Origin: Spirochaetota bacterium
GTDB taxonomy: Bacteria > Spirochaetota > Spirochaetia > CAKZLE01
Reading direction: 5' to 3'
Length of the DNA stretch: 64,000 nt
Assembly (NCBI GenBank): GCA_051745285.1
Contig: JBNJDX010000001.1
Location: 3,150 to 67,149, forward strand
The translations under genes and the position numbers were made by a program. This document shows, in pieces, positions 37,638-46,599 of this stretch. Numbering within the stretch: position 1 is the stretch's first letter; every line of letters starts with the position of its first letter. Below the pieces are notes generated by a model, which was given only the letters and a program-made list of their open reading frames with translations, had not been told where the DNA came from and ran no database searches.

Positions 37638-38713
37638 GCATCAGCTACCGTTCTGCCGGGGTGAACATCGACGCTGGCAATCAGTTTGTCAAACGCATAG
37701 GCACATATGCTGCCTCAACCCACACCGCGGAAGTCCTATCCGGGTTAGGGGGGTTCGGATCCTTCTATGATGTGGGATCGATACTTAAGGAGTTTCATCA
37801 CCCAGTCATGGTCCAGAGTATAGACGGGGTGGGCACGAAGATTATGATCGCTTCGATGATGAATGATTTTACCTCCATCGGTCGTGATCTGGTGGCCGCC
37901 TGCTGTAATGATATCATCGTTCATGGGGCTAGGCCTGTGACGTTTCTTGATTACATCGCTAATGACCAACTGGACCCGGAAACCGCCGCCAACATGGTGG
38001 CCGGCATGGCCGCTGGCTGTCGGGAAGCCGGTCTGTCCCTTGTCGGCGGGGAGACCGCAGAGATGCCGGGCACCTACTTGAAGGGAGAACACGACCTGGT
38101 GGGTATTGTCACTGGTTTCGTGGAAAAGGAGCTGATACTTACAGGTTCACAAGCAAAACCGGGAGATGTCATCTTCGGAATTCCTTCAAGCGGGCTGCAT
38201 ACCAACGGGTATTCGTTGGCACGGAAAGCACTGTTTGAGCATGCAGGCATGAAACCGGACGCCCCTATCCCGGCTCACTACGGGGATAACGGGGCTAAAT
38301 CCCTCGGACAACTGCTGCTGGAACCCCACATAAACTACACGCAATCAGTACTCAATCTGCTGCGCTCCGGAATACCCGTTACGAGCATGGCCCACATCAC
38401 CGGTGGTGGACTGATTGACAACATCCCCCGGATGCTTCCTGACCATGTGTGTGCTGTGATCAATCCGGAATCGTGGTCGATTCCCCCGCTGTTTACTCTC
38501 ATAGCCGATGCCGGGGAAATAGACCGGAGGGAGATGTATCACACCTTCAATATGGGGATCGGCTACACAATTATGGTTCCACGCAAACACACTGAACATG
38601 CACGGAAAGCTATTGAGCAGTGTTTCAATGTACAGCCGTTTGTCATCGGCGAATTACAGGAAGGTGACACAGGAGTATCTATGCAGGGCATCACTGACGG
38701 GGGAATTGCATGA
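37634..38713 (+). CDS. purM: Phosphoribosylformylglycinamidine cyclo-ligase (AIR synthase)
   Basis: 359 aa. SYRSAGVNIDAGN N-terminus, DGVGTK, GGETAEMPG. Confidence 0.95.
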   Translation: MSISYRSAGVNIDAGNQFVKRIGTYAASTHTAEVLSGLGGFGSFYDVGSILKEFHHPVMVQSIDGVGTKIMIASMMNDFTSIGRDLVAACCNDIIVHGARPVTFLDYIANDQLDPETAANMVAGMAAGCREAGLSLVGGETAEMPGTYLKGEHDLVGIVTGFVEKELILTGSQAKPGDVIFGIPSSGLHTNGYSLARKALFEHAGMKPDAPIPAHYGDNGAKSLGQLLLEPHINYTQSVLNLLRSGIPVTSMAHITGGGLIDNIPRMLPDHVCAVINPESWSIPPLFTLIADAGEIDRREMYHTFNMGIGYTIMVPRKHTEHARKAIEQCFNVQPFVIGELQEGDTGVSMQGITDGGIA

Positions 38714-40014
38714 AAAAGCCAATTACCATTGCAGTGATCGAATTTCCCGGTACGAACTGTGAGAGGGAAACCAAGGAGGCGCTCCGGCGCTCCGGCATGG
38801 TACCTGTCTCCCATCGCTGGAATGAGGACGCCGCTCTTCTGTCAGACTATGATGGATTCATTATTGCTGGCGGTTTTTCCTACGAGGACCGAAGCAGGTC
38901 AGGAGTCATCGCTGCCAAAGATCCTATCATCGATTATCTCAAAGCGGAAAATGAAAAGGGCAAACCGATTCTGGGTATCTGTAACGGCGCGCAGATTCTC
39001 GTTGAGACTGGCATTGTGCCAGGAATAGCCGGCTACCGGCTTGGCGCTGCCTTGGCTCCTAACAGAAGGGTGTCCAACGGGACACTGCAGGGAACTGGGT
39101 TTTATAACTCATGGGTCCATATCGTAGCGGATACCAGGCAGACCGATTCAGCGTTCACCTCTGCCTGTGATGCGTCTGCAATGCGAGTACCCGCTGCCCA
39201 CGCGGAGGGTAGATTTCTGTTTGCTCCGGATGTCCTGGACGAACTGCAGCGCAGAAATCTGATCTGCTTTCGCTATAGCGATGCTGCCGGAACGCTTTCT
39301 CCTGAATTTCCTGTCAATCCCAACGGCTCTCAGGATAACTGCGCCGGAATCATGAACGCCTCGGGAAATGCTCTTGCCCTCATGCCCCATCCTGAACGCA
39401 CCTCTGCTGGAGATGGCATTTTTCTCTCCATGCGAGACTACATTGAACAGCACTCCTTCCCTCTGCAGAGCAAGCCGGTTTTTCTCTCCCCCGATCTGGC
39501 AGTCAAGGATGAGCAACTAGCCCCTTATCAGCCGGAGAATGAATCACTCGAGTTGACTGTTGCTCTGCTTATTACCGACAACGTAGCCGCCTCAGTTCAG
39601 CGTGTTCTCCGGAACAACGGACTTCAGGCGCGTGTTGAGCGCATGACCCATTGGGAGATTGTTTTTACGCACGCTGTTGAGAGTACTGAAAGACAATCAC
39701 TACTTGAACGCATAATCTCCAGCGGTGAGCTGCTGAACACCAATAAAGAGGTCATTACCCAGCTGCCACAGCAGAAACAGCCTGCACGCAGCTACCTGAC
39801 TCACAGCCGGGATGACGCAGTCGCAGAACACGCCCGTTACACCCTCACCCATTGGTTCGGCATACCAAATATCGCCAGAATCAAACACGGCACGCTCTGG
39901 AGGATCACTCCTCTAGATGATACACAGGCCGATGACATATACCGAGCAGTTGAGTCCTCTCATCTGCTTATCCATCCCCTTATTCACAGGAGTATGCTAT
40001 ATGGAGAAACGTAA
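38710..40014 (+). CDS. purQ: FGAM synthase glutaminase PurQ fused to a C-terminal tandem PurS-like region
   Basis: 434 aa. N-terminal ~260 aa has the triad Cys in GICNGAQ and MPHPER. The C-terminal ~170 aa shows two PurS-like units (..ERIISSGELLNTNKEVI.. and ..AVESSHLLIHPLIH..). No separate purS ORF in the operon. Confidence 0.8.
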   Translation: MKKPITIAVIEFPGTNCERETKEALRRSGMVPVSHRWNEDAALLSDYDGFIIAGGFSYEDRSRSGVIAAKDPIIDYLKAENEKGKPILGICNGAQILVETGIVPGIAGYRLGAALAPNRRVSNGTLQGTGFYNSWVHIVADTRQTDSAFTSACDASAMRVPAAHAEGRFLFAPDVLDELQRRNLICFRYSDAAGTLSPEFPVNPNGSQDNCAGIMNASGNALALMPHPERTSAGDGIFLSMRDYIEQHSFPLQSKPVFLSPDLAVKDEQLAPYQPENESLELTVALLITDNVAASVQRVLRNNGLQARVERMTHWEIVFTHAVESTERQSLLERIISSGELLNTNKEVITQLPQQKQPARSYLTHSRDDAVAEHARYTLTHWFGIPNIARIKHGTLWRITPLDDTQADDIYRAVESSHLLIHPLIHRSMLYGET

Positions 40015-41008
40015 AGACCAGTATCTGCAGCTGATTGAGGAGTCTTTGGAAAACTGCCTCGTAGAAACCCAGTTGCCGTTGCCAAACAAACGCCGGGGAA
40101 AAGTACGCGACAGTTACGAACTCGCCGATCGTATGATCTTTATTACAACTGACCGACAGAGTGCCTTTGACCGTATTCTTGCCGCTGTTCCCTACAAGGG
40201 ACAAGTGCTCAACCTCACTAGTGCCTGGTGGTTTAAACAGACTGCTCACATTGTTCCCAATCACTTGGTCGACGTCCCTGATCCAAACACCCTTGTGGCC
40301 AAGCGGTGTGAAGTCTTTCCAATCGAATTTGTTGTGCGCGGGTACATCACCGGCTCGACAGACACGTCCCTCTGGACACAGTATCGGCAGGGTGTACGGA
40401 CGTATTGCGGCAATACTTTTCCGGATGGGCTGGTGAAAAACCAGCAGCTTGACGAGCCGGTACTCACACCGACAACCAAGGAGACAGAACACGACCGCCC
40501 CATAGCTCCACAAGAGATCATTGAAGAGGGTTGGATGCAGCCGGAGGATTGGCAACAAGCCAGCAGCCTCGCCCTCCAGTTGTTCTCGTTCGGGCAACGA
40601 ATCGCCAAGGAACACGGCCTTATCCTCGTCGATACCAAATATGAAATGGGAAAAGACTCCGAAGGGAACATCGTCCTGATTGACGAGATCCATACACCTG
40701 ACTCGAGTCGTTTTTGGCTTGCTGAATCGTACGAGCAGAGGGTGTCTGAACGCCTCGAACCGGAAAATATCGACAAAGAGTTTCTGCGACTCTGGTTTAG
40801 AGAAAACTGCGACCCCTACCATGATAAAGAGCTTCCCCAGGCTCCAAAGGAATTGGTAACAGAGCTCTCGTATCGTTATATCTTGCTCTATGAGATGATT
40901 ACCGGGGAGCTTTTCCCCTTCCCCGATGAAGCAGATCGAAGATTACCGGCTGCAGAGAGACTGATGAACAATTTACAAGGGTATCTTACCGATGCCGCAC
41001 AACAATAG
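40001..41008 (+). CDS. purC: SAICAR synthase (long form)
   Basis: ATG40001 after CACAGGAG. GKVRDSY, TDRQSAFD and EFVVRGY motifs. Confidence 0.9.
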   Translation: MEKRKDQYLQLIEESLENCLVETQLPLPNKRRGKVRDSYELADRMIFITTDRQSAFDRILAAVPYKGQVLNLTSAWWFKQTAHIVPNHLVDVPDPNTLVAKRCEVFPIEFVVRGYITGSTDTSLWTQYRQGVRTYCGNTFPDGLVKNQQLDEPVLTPTTKETEHDRPIAPQEIIEEGWMQPEDWQQASSLALQLFSFGQRIAKEHGLILVDTKYEMGKDSEGNIVLIDEIHTPDSSRFWLAESYEQRVSERLEPENIDKEFLRLWFRENCDPYHDKELPQAPKELVTELSYRYILLYEMITGELFPFPDEADRRLPAAERLMNNLQGYLTDAAQQ

Positions 41009-41018
41009 GAGGAACCAG

Positions 41019-41459
41019 ATGAACACCATCGTCATTGTCATGGGATCTGAGGCTGACCGCCCCCATGCTGAAACAATTATCAAGGGACTTAAGGAGTGTG
41101 AAGATTTCGACTTTTCAAGCTGTTCACTTAATGTATACACTGCCTCTGCCCACAAAGAGCCCCTGAAAGTACTAGGCATTCTCGATTCTCACAAGCATGT
41201 GCGGAGACTTGTCTACATCACAATAGCCGGGCGATCAAACGCCCTGTCGGGTTTCTGCGCAGCAAACTGCAGCCAACCGGTTATTGCCTGTCCCCCTTTC
41301 GCTGATAAAATTGACATGCTGACAAACATCAATTCTACCCTTCAGATGCCCAGCAAGACTCCGGTTATGACTGTCATTGATCCGGGTAACGCCGCCAGAG
41401 CAGCTGTTCGTATTCTCTCTGTAGCCTCGGATGAAACTGCTGCAGAGCAGGAGAGCTAG
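41019..41459 (+). CDS. purE: AIR carboxylase, class II PurE
   Basis: ATG41019 after AGGAGG. SAHK (ASAHKEP) rather than the class I SAHR. No purK in the operon. Confidence 0.85.
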   Translation: MNTIVIVMGSEADRPHAETIIKGLKECEDFDFSSCSLNVYTASAHKEPLKVLGILDSHKHVRRLVYITIAGRSNALSGFCAANCSQPVIACPPFADKIDMLTNINSTLQMPSKTPVMTVIDPGNAARAAVRILSVASDETAAEQES

Positions 41460-41462
41460 GCT

Positions 41463-42902
41463 GTGTGTGGTATTGTCGGCATCATCGCTGAGAACTCAGT
41501 TGCCACCCAGCTGTATGACAGTCTCATACAGCTGCAGCATCGCGGGCAGGATGCTGCAGGAATCATCACCTGCAATGACGGTCTTCACATGAAAAAAGGG
41601 TCAGGCCTGGTTCGGGACATCTTTCAGCCCCGTCACATTGAACGCCTGAAGGGAACCATGGGAATCGGCCATACCAGGTACCCAACCAGCGGAGAGCGAA
41701 GCAAAGATGAGATTCAGCCCTTCTGGACCAGTGTCCCCAACGGAATCGCCTTTGCCCACAACGGGAATACCGTGAATTATCCACAGCTCAGAGAAGAGGT
41801 TATTTCAAAACGAAAACGGTATCTGAATACCACCAGCGATTCTGAAATGCTCATGCAGCTTTTTGCGGATGCTCTGCAGCGCTGCATCGGGAACAATCCT
41901 GCACAACTGATAAGTAACGGCAGTTTTTTCGATGCATTGAGTATATCGACAGCAGAACTGTTCACACTGATCAAGGGGTCAGTCTCAGCAGTAAGTATCA
42001 TCAAGGATCGTGGACTTATTGCTTTCAGAGATCCCCACGGCATCCGTCCGCTGGTCATGGGAGAGAGAACTTCACCTGAAGGGAAAAAGGAGTACATGTT
42101 TGCATCTGAGGATACCATGTTTTACATGCTTGGCTTCACTCTGGTACGTGATGTGCAACCCGGAGAGCTGATCTTTGTAACCCAAGAAGGAGATGTGTTT
42201 TCTAAGCTTATCAGCCAAAAGAAGTTTACCCCCTGCATTTTTGAGTATGTTTACTTCGCCAGACCGGATTCAATGATGAACAACATAAACATCTATCGTT
42301 CGCGTCTTCGAATGGGTGAGAATCTGGGAAAACACTGGATCAGCACCTACGGGGACCTGCGACCCGATGTGATTATCCCGGCCCCTGCCACTTCAAATAC
42401 CATGGCCCTGGCCATGGCAAAAATACTGCAAGTCAACTACTCAGAAGGCCTGTATAAGAACCCCTTCATTGGAAGAACGTTCATTATGTCCAACCAGGCA
42501 GAGAGAAGACAATCAGTCCGCTACAAACTCGTACCCCAGCGGCTGGAGATCCAGAATAAAGAAGTCATGATCGTCGACGACAGTATCGTCCGGGGAACTA
42601 CCAGCCGGGAGATTGTCAAAATGGTCCGCGAATTCGGGGCAAAGAAAGTCTATTTTGTCTCCGCGTGTTCTCAGGTAGTCCAACCCTGTTACTACGGGGT
42701 GGATATCCCCACTAGTGAGGAGCTCATTGCCTCCTCTCTAAAAGACGAGGAGATCAAAGACTATCTTAATGCCGATATACTGTTCTATCAGAAGCTTGAC
42801 GACCTCGTTGAGGCTGTGACCCGAAAAGGCGAACATCATATTGATACACCCTGTATGGCCTGCCTTGGAGGGCCGTATATCCACCAGGAGGATAACGCAT
42901 GA
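41463..42902 (+). CDS. purF: Amidophosphoribosyltransferase
   Basis: GTG start giving MCGIVGI (Ntn Cys). PRTase motif VMIVDDSIVRGTT. Confidence 0.95.
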   Translation: MCGIVGIIAENSVATQLYDSLIQLQHRGQDAAGIITCNDGLHMKKGSGLVRDIFQPRHIERLKGTMGIGHTRYPTSGERSKDEIQPFWTSVPNGIAFAHNGNTVNYPQLREEVISKRKRYLNTTSDSEMLMQLFADALQRCIGNNPAQLISNGSFFDALSISTAELFTLIKGSVSAVSIIKDRGLIAFRDPHGIRPLVMGERTSPEGKKEYMFASEDTMFYMLGFTLVRDVQPGELIFVTQEGDVFSKLISQKKFTPCIFEYVYFARPDSMMNNINIYRSRLRMGENLGKHWISTYGDLRPDVIIPAPATSNTMALAMAKILQVNYSEGLYKNPFIGRTFIMSNQAERRQSVRYKLVPQRLEIQNKEVMIVDDSIVRGTTSREIVKMVREFGAKKVYFVSACSQVVQPCYYGVDIPTSEELIASSLKDEEIKDYLNADILFYQKLDDLVEAVTRKGEHHIDTPCMACLGGPYIHQEDNA

Positions 42903-44209
42903 ATATTGCAGTCATCGGTTCGGGTGCCAGGGAACACGCCCTGGTGCAGTCTATAACAGAAGGCAACCAAGGCAATCAAGTGACGTGCTGCGGAAGCTTC
43001 AGGAATCCAGGTATTGAGCAGTTGACTTCGGCCTATGGGATTGCTGATATTACACAGCCAGAACAGATTCTCACAATGCTGGAGAGCTGGGGGACTGACT
43101 TCGCAGTCATCGGACCGGAAGCACCCCTTGAAGCGGGTGCAGCAGATTATCTGAGGGATGCTGGAATAGCAGTATTCGGTCCCGACAGGCAACTTGCCCA
43201 GATTGAGACCAGCAAGAGCTTTGCTCGCTCACTGATCGCCAAAACGGTTCCCGAAGCAAATCCCTCCTGTACAACTGTTGCATCACAACCCGAAGCCGAA
43301 GAAATCTTACGGCAGTTGGGAGATGCTTATGTAGTTAAGGCAGACGGACTTGCCGGGGGAAAAGGCGTGAAGGTCTCCGGCGAACACCTGCATTCTCATC
43401 AGCAGGCGACTGAGTATATCTCCCAGCTGCTAAACGCAGCCGGATCCTGTCTGCTCGAGGAGAAACTCATCGGGCAGGAGTTTTCTCTGTTCACCGTAAC
43501 TGACGGCAAAACGGTTGTTCATCTGCCGCCCGTTCAGGATCATAAACGAGCATATGAGGGGGATACCGGACCTAACACCGGGGGCATGGGCAGCTATACA
43601 GATGCTAACTGGAAACTCCCCTTCCTCTCGGATGAAGATATTCACTCTGCCGAACGCTACAACGAGCAGATCATTGAGGCTCTCGGCAGAGAATGCAACG
43701 CCCCATACCGTGGGGTGCTCTACGGCGGGTTCATGGCTGTGCGAGCAGGTGTCAAAATCATTGAGTACAACGCCAGATTCGGGGATCCCGAGGTGATGAA
43801 TCTTATGTCCATCCTCGATACTGAGGCAGCTGAGCTTCTGTACGCAGCCGCCACCGGCACCCTTTCTACCGTGCAGACTCGTTACAAGCCTCAAGCTTCA
43901 GTGTGTAAATATGCCGTACCCCACGGGTATCCGGATACAAAGCGTTCTGGTGAGGAGCTTACTATCTCAACGCTCCCCTCAGGTGTTCGTCTCTATATGG
44001 GGAGTCTTGAGAAACGAGATGGAAGACTTGCTACTCTTGGTTCCCGGACACTTGCCTGCACAGCCGCAGCCCCTACTATTGAGCAAGCTCACCAGCAGGT
44101 CGAAAAAGCTCTCGAAGCGGTCAAAGGGAATCTGTTTCACAGAAGGGACATCGGGACATCGAGCCTGGTGGCTCAACGGGTCTCCTTTATGCAGGAGTTA
44201 CGCTCGTGA
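42899..44209 (+). CDS. purD: Phosphoribosylamine-glycine ligase
   Basis: 436 aa. ATP-grasp; MNIAVIGSGAREHAL N-terminus; EYNARFGDPE. Confidence 0.95.
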   Translation: MNIAVIGSGAREHALVQSITEGNQGNQVTCCGSFRNPGIEQLTSAYGIADITQPEQILTMLESWGTDFAVIGPEAPLEAGAADYLRDAGIAVFGPDRQLAQIETSKSFARSLIAKTVPEANPSCTTVASQPEAEEILRQLGDAYVVKADGLAGGKGVKVSGEHLHSHQQATEYISQLLNAAGSCLLEEKLIGQEFSLFTVTDGKTVVHLPPVQDHKRAYEGDTGPNTGGMGSYTDANWKLPFLSDEDIHSAERYNEQIIEALGRECNAPYRGVLYGGFMAVRAGVKIIEYNARFGDPEVMNLMSILDTEAAELLYAAATGTLSTVQTRYKPQASVCKYAVPHGYPDTKRSGEELTISTLPSGVRLYMGSLEKRDGRLATLGSRTLACTAAAPTIEQAHQQVEKALEAVKGNLFHRRDIGTSSLVAQRVSFMQELRS

Positions 44210-44808
44210 GTGGCCGGAAACTTCGTATTGGAGTCCTCGGTTCGACTCGAGGTACTGATTTACAGGCTGTAATTGATGCTATCGAGACCGGTCGCCTCCG
44301 AGCTGAAATAGTGGCTGTCATCTCCAACAAGCAAAAAGCCGGGATCCTGCAGAAAGCTGGGCGATATAACATCCCGGCCTACTACATGCCGATGCGGAGT
44401 GAAAGCGGGCAAAAACTGCCCCGCAGGGACTACGATCAGAACATTGACACGGTCTTAAAACAGCAGGAAGTGGACCTTGTGCTTCTCATCGGGTATATGC
44501 GGATCGTATCACCCTGGCTATGCAAGCGCTGGGAGGGTCGTATGCTTAATGTCCACCCATCCCTCCTTCCGGACTTTGCCGGACTGGCAGATGGGAGCGT
44601 TCACGAGGCTGTGCTCTCCGAAGGTAGACAAGAAAGCGGCTGCACCGTCCATCTTGTCTCTGCGGAAGTTGATGCCGGCAGGATTATTCTGCAAAAACGA
44701 ACTCCGGTGTTCCCTGAGGACACCCCGCAGACACTGAAGCAGCGCATCCAGCTTCTCGAAGGTGAAGCACTTGTTGAGGTTATTGAAGGATTTGCCGGCA
44801 CATACTAG
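44206..44808 (+). CDS. purN: Phosphoribosylglycinamide formyltransferase
   Basis: 200 aa. NVHPSLLP motif and GCTVHLV..EVDAG. Confidence 0.9.
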   Translation: MSGRKLRIGVLGSTRGTDLQAVIDAIETGRLRAEIVAVISNKQKAGILQKAGRYNIPAYYMPMRSESGQKLPRRDYDQNIDTVLKQQEVDLVLLIGYMRIVSPWLCKRWEGRMLNVHPSLLPDFAGLADGSVHEAVLSEGRQESGCTVHLVSAEVDAGRIILQKRTPVFPEDTPQTLKQRIQLLEGEALVEVIEGFAGTY

Positions 44809-44876
44809 AATGCAGAGGCATCGCAAAACGGCAAGCAACCAAACAGAATCAAATAATTGAATAAAGGTAGGAATTG

Positions 44877-46427
44877 ATGAATACAGCACGCACGACAGTT
44901 ACCAGAGCTCTCCTTTCAGTCTCCAACAAGGAGGGGATCGTTTCATTGGCTGAAAACCTCCAAGCTCTAGGGGTAGAGCTCATATCCACCGGGGGGACAA
45001 AGCGGGTACTTGAACAGGCAGGTATGCAGGTAAGAGGAATCACTGAGCTCACTGGCTTCCCTGAAATGATGGACGGCAGGGTAAAAACACTCCATCCACT
45101 CGTTCACGGGGGTATCCTCGGCCTGCGCGATACCCATAAAGAAGAGGCAAACACCCACTCAATTCCCTGGATTGACCTGGTAGTCTGCAATCTGTATCCC
45201 TTTGAAGAGACTATTGAAGATGATGAGGTGTCTTTTGAGCAGGCTGTCGAGCAGATTGATATCGGGGGTCCGACCATGATCCGTTCAGCAGCCAAAAATG
45301 TCGGTTGGGTGAGCGTGCTCGTCAATCCTCAAGCTTATTCCTCCTTCATCGAGGAACTTAAGCGCGACGGGGGCATCTCCTATCCGATGAGGAAAGCACT
45401 AAGTGCTGCCGCCTTTCGCCACACAGCCCAGTATGATGCGCTGATTCAGTCCTACCTCACTGAGGAACCGTTTCCGGAGGAGCTCACCCTCACCTATCGA
45501 CAGTATTCAGCCCTGCGGTATGGGGAAAACCCCCATCAGAAAGCAGCCGCCTACCATGCTGTTCTCCCTCCTGACAGGCGTGATCATATGTCCATACTGA
45601 ACGCTGAGGTACTCAACGGAAAACAACTATCCTATAACAATATCAATGACGCTGCCGGAACGCTTGCGACCCTGCGAGAATTTGACAAACCCGCCTGCGT
45701 TGTGGTCAAGCATGCCAACCCCTGTGGAACTGCTGAGGGTGAAGATCTTCCGGGGACTGTGGAAAAAGCCTTTAATGCTGACCGCCTGTCTGCCTTTGGC
45801 GGTCTGGTCGCTATCAATCGTACCTGCACACAGGAGATTGCTACGTTTTTTAAGAAGCTGTTCATTGAGGTGTTTATGGCACCGGATTTTGAGCCGGAAG
45901 CCCTGCAGATTCTTCAGAATAAAAAGAATTTACGCGTTCTTAAACTGGGTCCGGTCAGGCCGCTGAATCCCGTAATTGCTGCCAAGCACGTCGAAGGGGG
46001 TCTGTTGTTGCAGGATCGCGATTGCGCCCAGCCTGCGCACTCTGAACTTGAAGTTGTCACCGAGAAACAGCCTTCCCAAAAAGAGCTTGAAGACATGCTG
46101 TTTGCCTGGAAGGTCCTCAAACATGTTAAGTCCAACGCCATCCTCACAGCAAAGGACAAAGCTACTCAGGGTATTGGCCCCGGGCAGGTTTCGCGGGTAG
46201 ATGCTGTTAAAATTGCTATTGAAAAATCGGCTCAGACCGAAGGGGCTGTCCTGGCATCAGATGCCTTTTTCCCCTTCCGGGACAGCATTGACAGCCTGCG
46301 GGGAACCGGTATTGCAGCGGTCATCCAACCTGGCGGTTCGATCAGGGACAATGAGGTCATTGAGGCCTGTAACGAACTCGGTATCGCCATGGTTTTTACC
46401 CGCACACGTTGTTTCTACCACGGGTAA
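44877..46427 (+). CDS. purH: Bifunctional AICAR transformylase / IMP cyclohydrolase
   Basis: RALLSVSNKEG, GGTKRVL and KTLHPLVHGGIL motifs. ATG44877, with TTG44874 as an alternative. Confidence 0.95.
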   Translation: MNTARTTVTRALLSVSNKEGIVSLAENLQALGVELISTGGTKRVLEQAGMQVRGITELTGFPEMMDGRVKTLHPLVHGGILGLRDTHKEEANTHSIPWIDLVVCNLYPFEETIEDDEVSFEQAVEQIDIGGPTMIRSAAKNVGWVSVLVNPQAYSSFIEELKRDGGISYPMRKALSAAAFRHTAQYDALIQSYLTEEPFPEELTLTYRQYSALRYGENPHQKAAAYHAVLPPDRRDHMSILNAEVLNGKQLSYNNINDAAGTLATLREFDKPACVVVKHANPCGTAEGEDLPGTVEKAFNADRLSAFGGLVAINRTCTQEIATFFKKLFIEVFMAPDFEPEALQILQNKKNLRVLKLGPVRPLNPVIAAKHVEGGLLLQDRDCAQPAHSELEVVTEKQPSQKELEDMLFAWKVLKHVKSNAILTAKDKATQGIGPGQVSRVDAVKIAIEKSAQTEGAVLASDAFFPFRDSIDSLRGTGIAAVIQPGGSIRDNEVIEACNELGIAMVFTRTRCFYHG

Positions 46428-46599
46428 GCATCCTATAGACATTTGCTTTTTACCCCCATTGCTGCTATATTTATTTCGCAGTTCTGTTGCCTCGAGCGGG
46501 GAATGATCTTCTTTTCTCCTTTGAATTACCAGCCCGGATAGGGACGGAGGTTTCTTTGGGTCGGAGGCTCACCAGCAGAACGATATAGGAGCACAGCAG

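Noticed and set aside
39980-40822. 280-aa minus-strand ORF (and the 171-aa ORF 40261..40776) opposite purC
   Set aside because: It lies entirely inside a well-supported purC reading frame. There are no recognisable motifs and no ribosome-binding site. It is a typical shadow ORF in mid-GC coding DNA.
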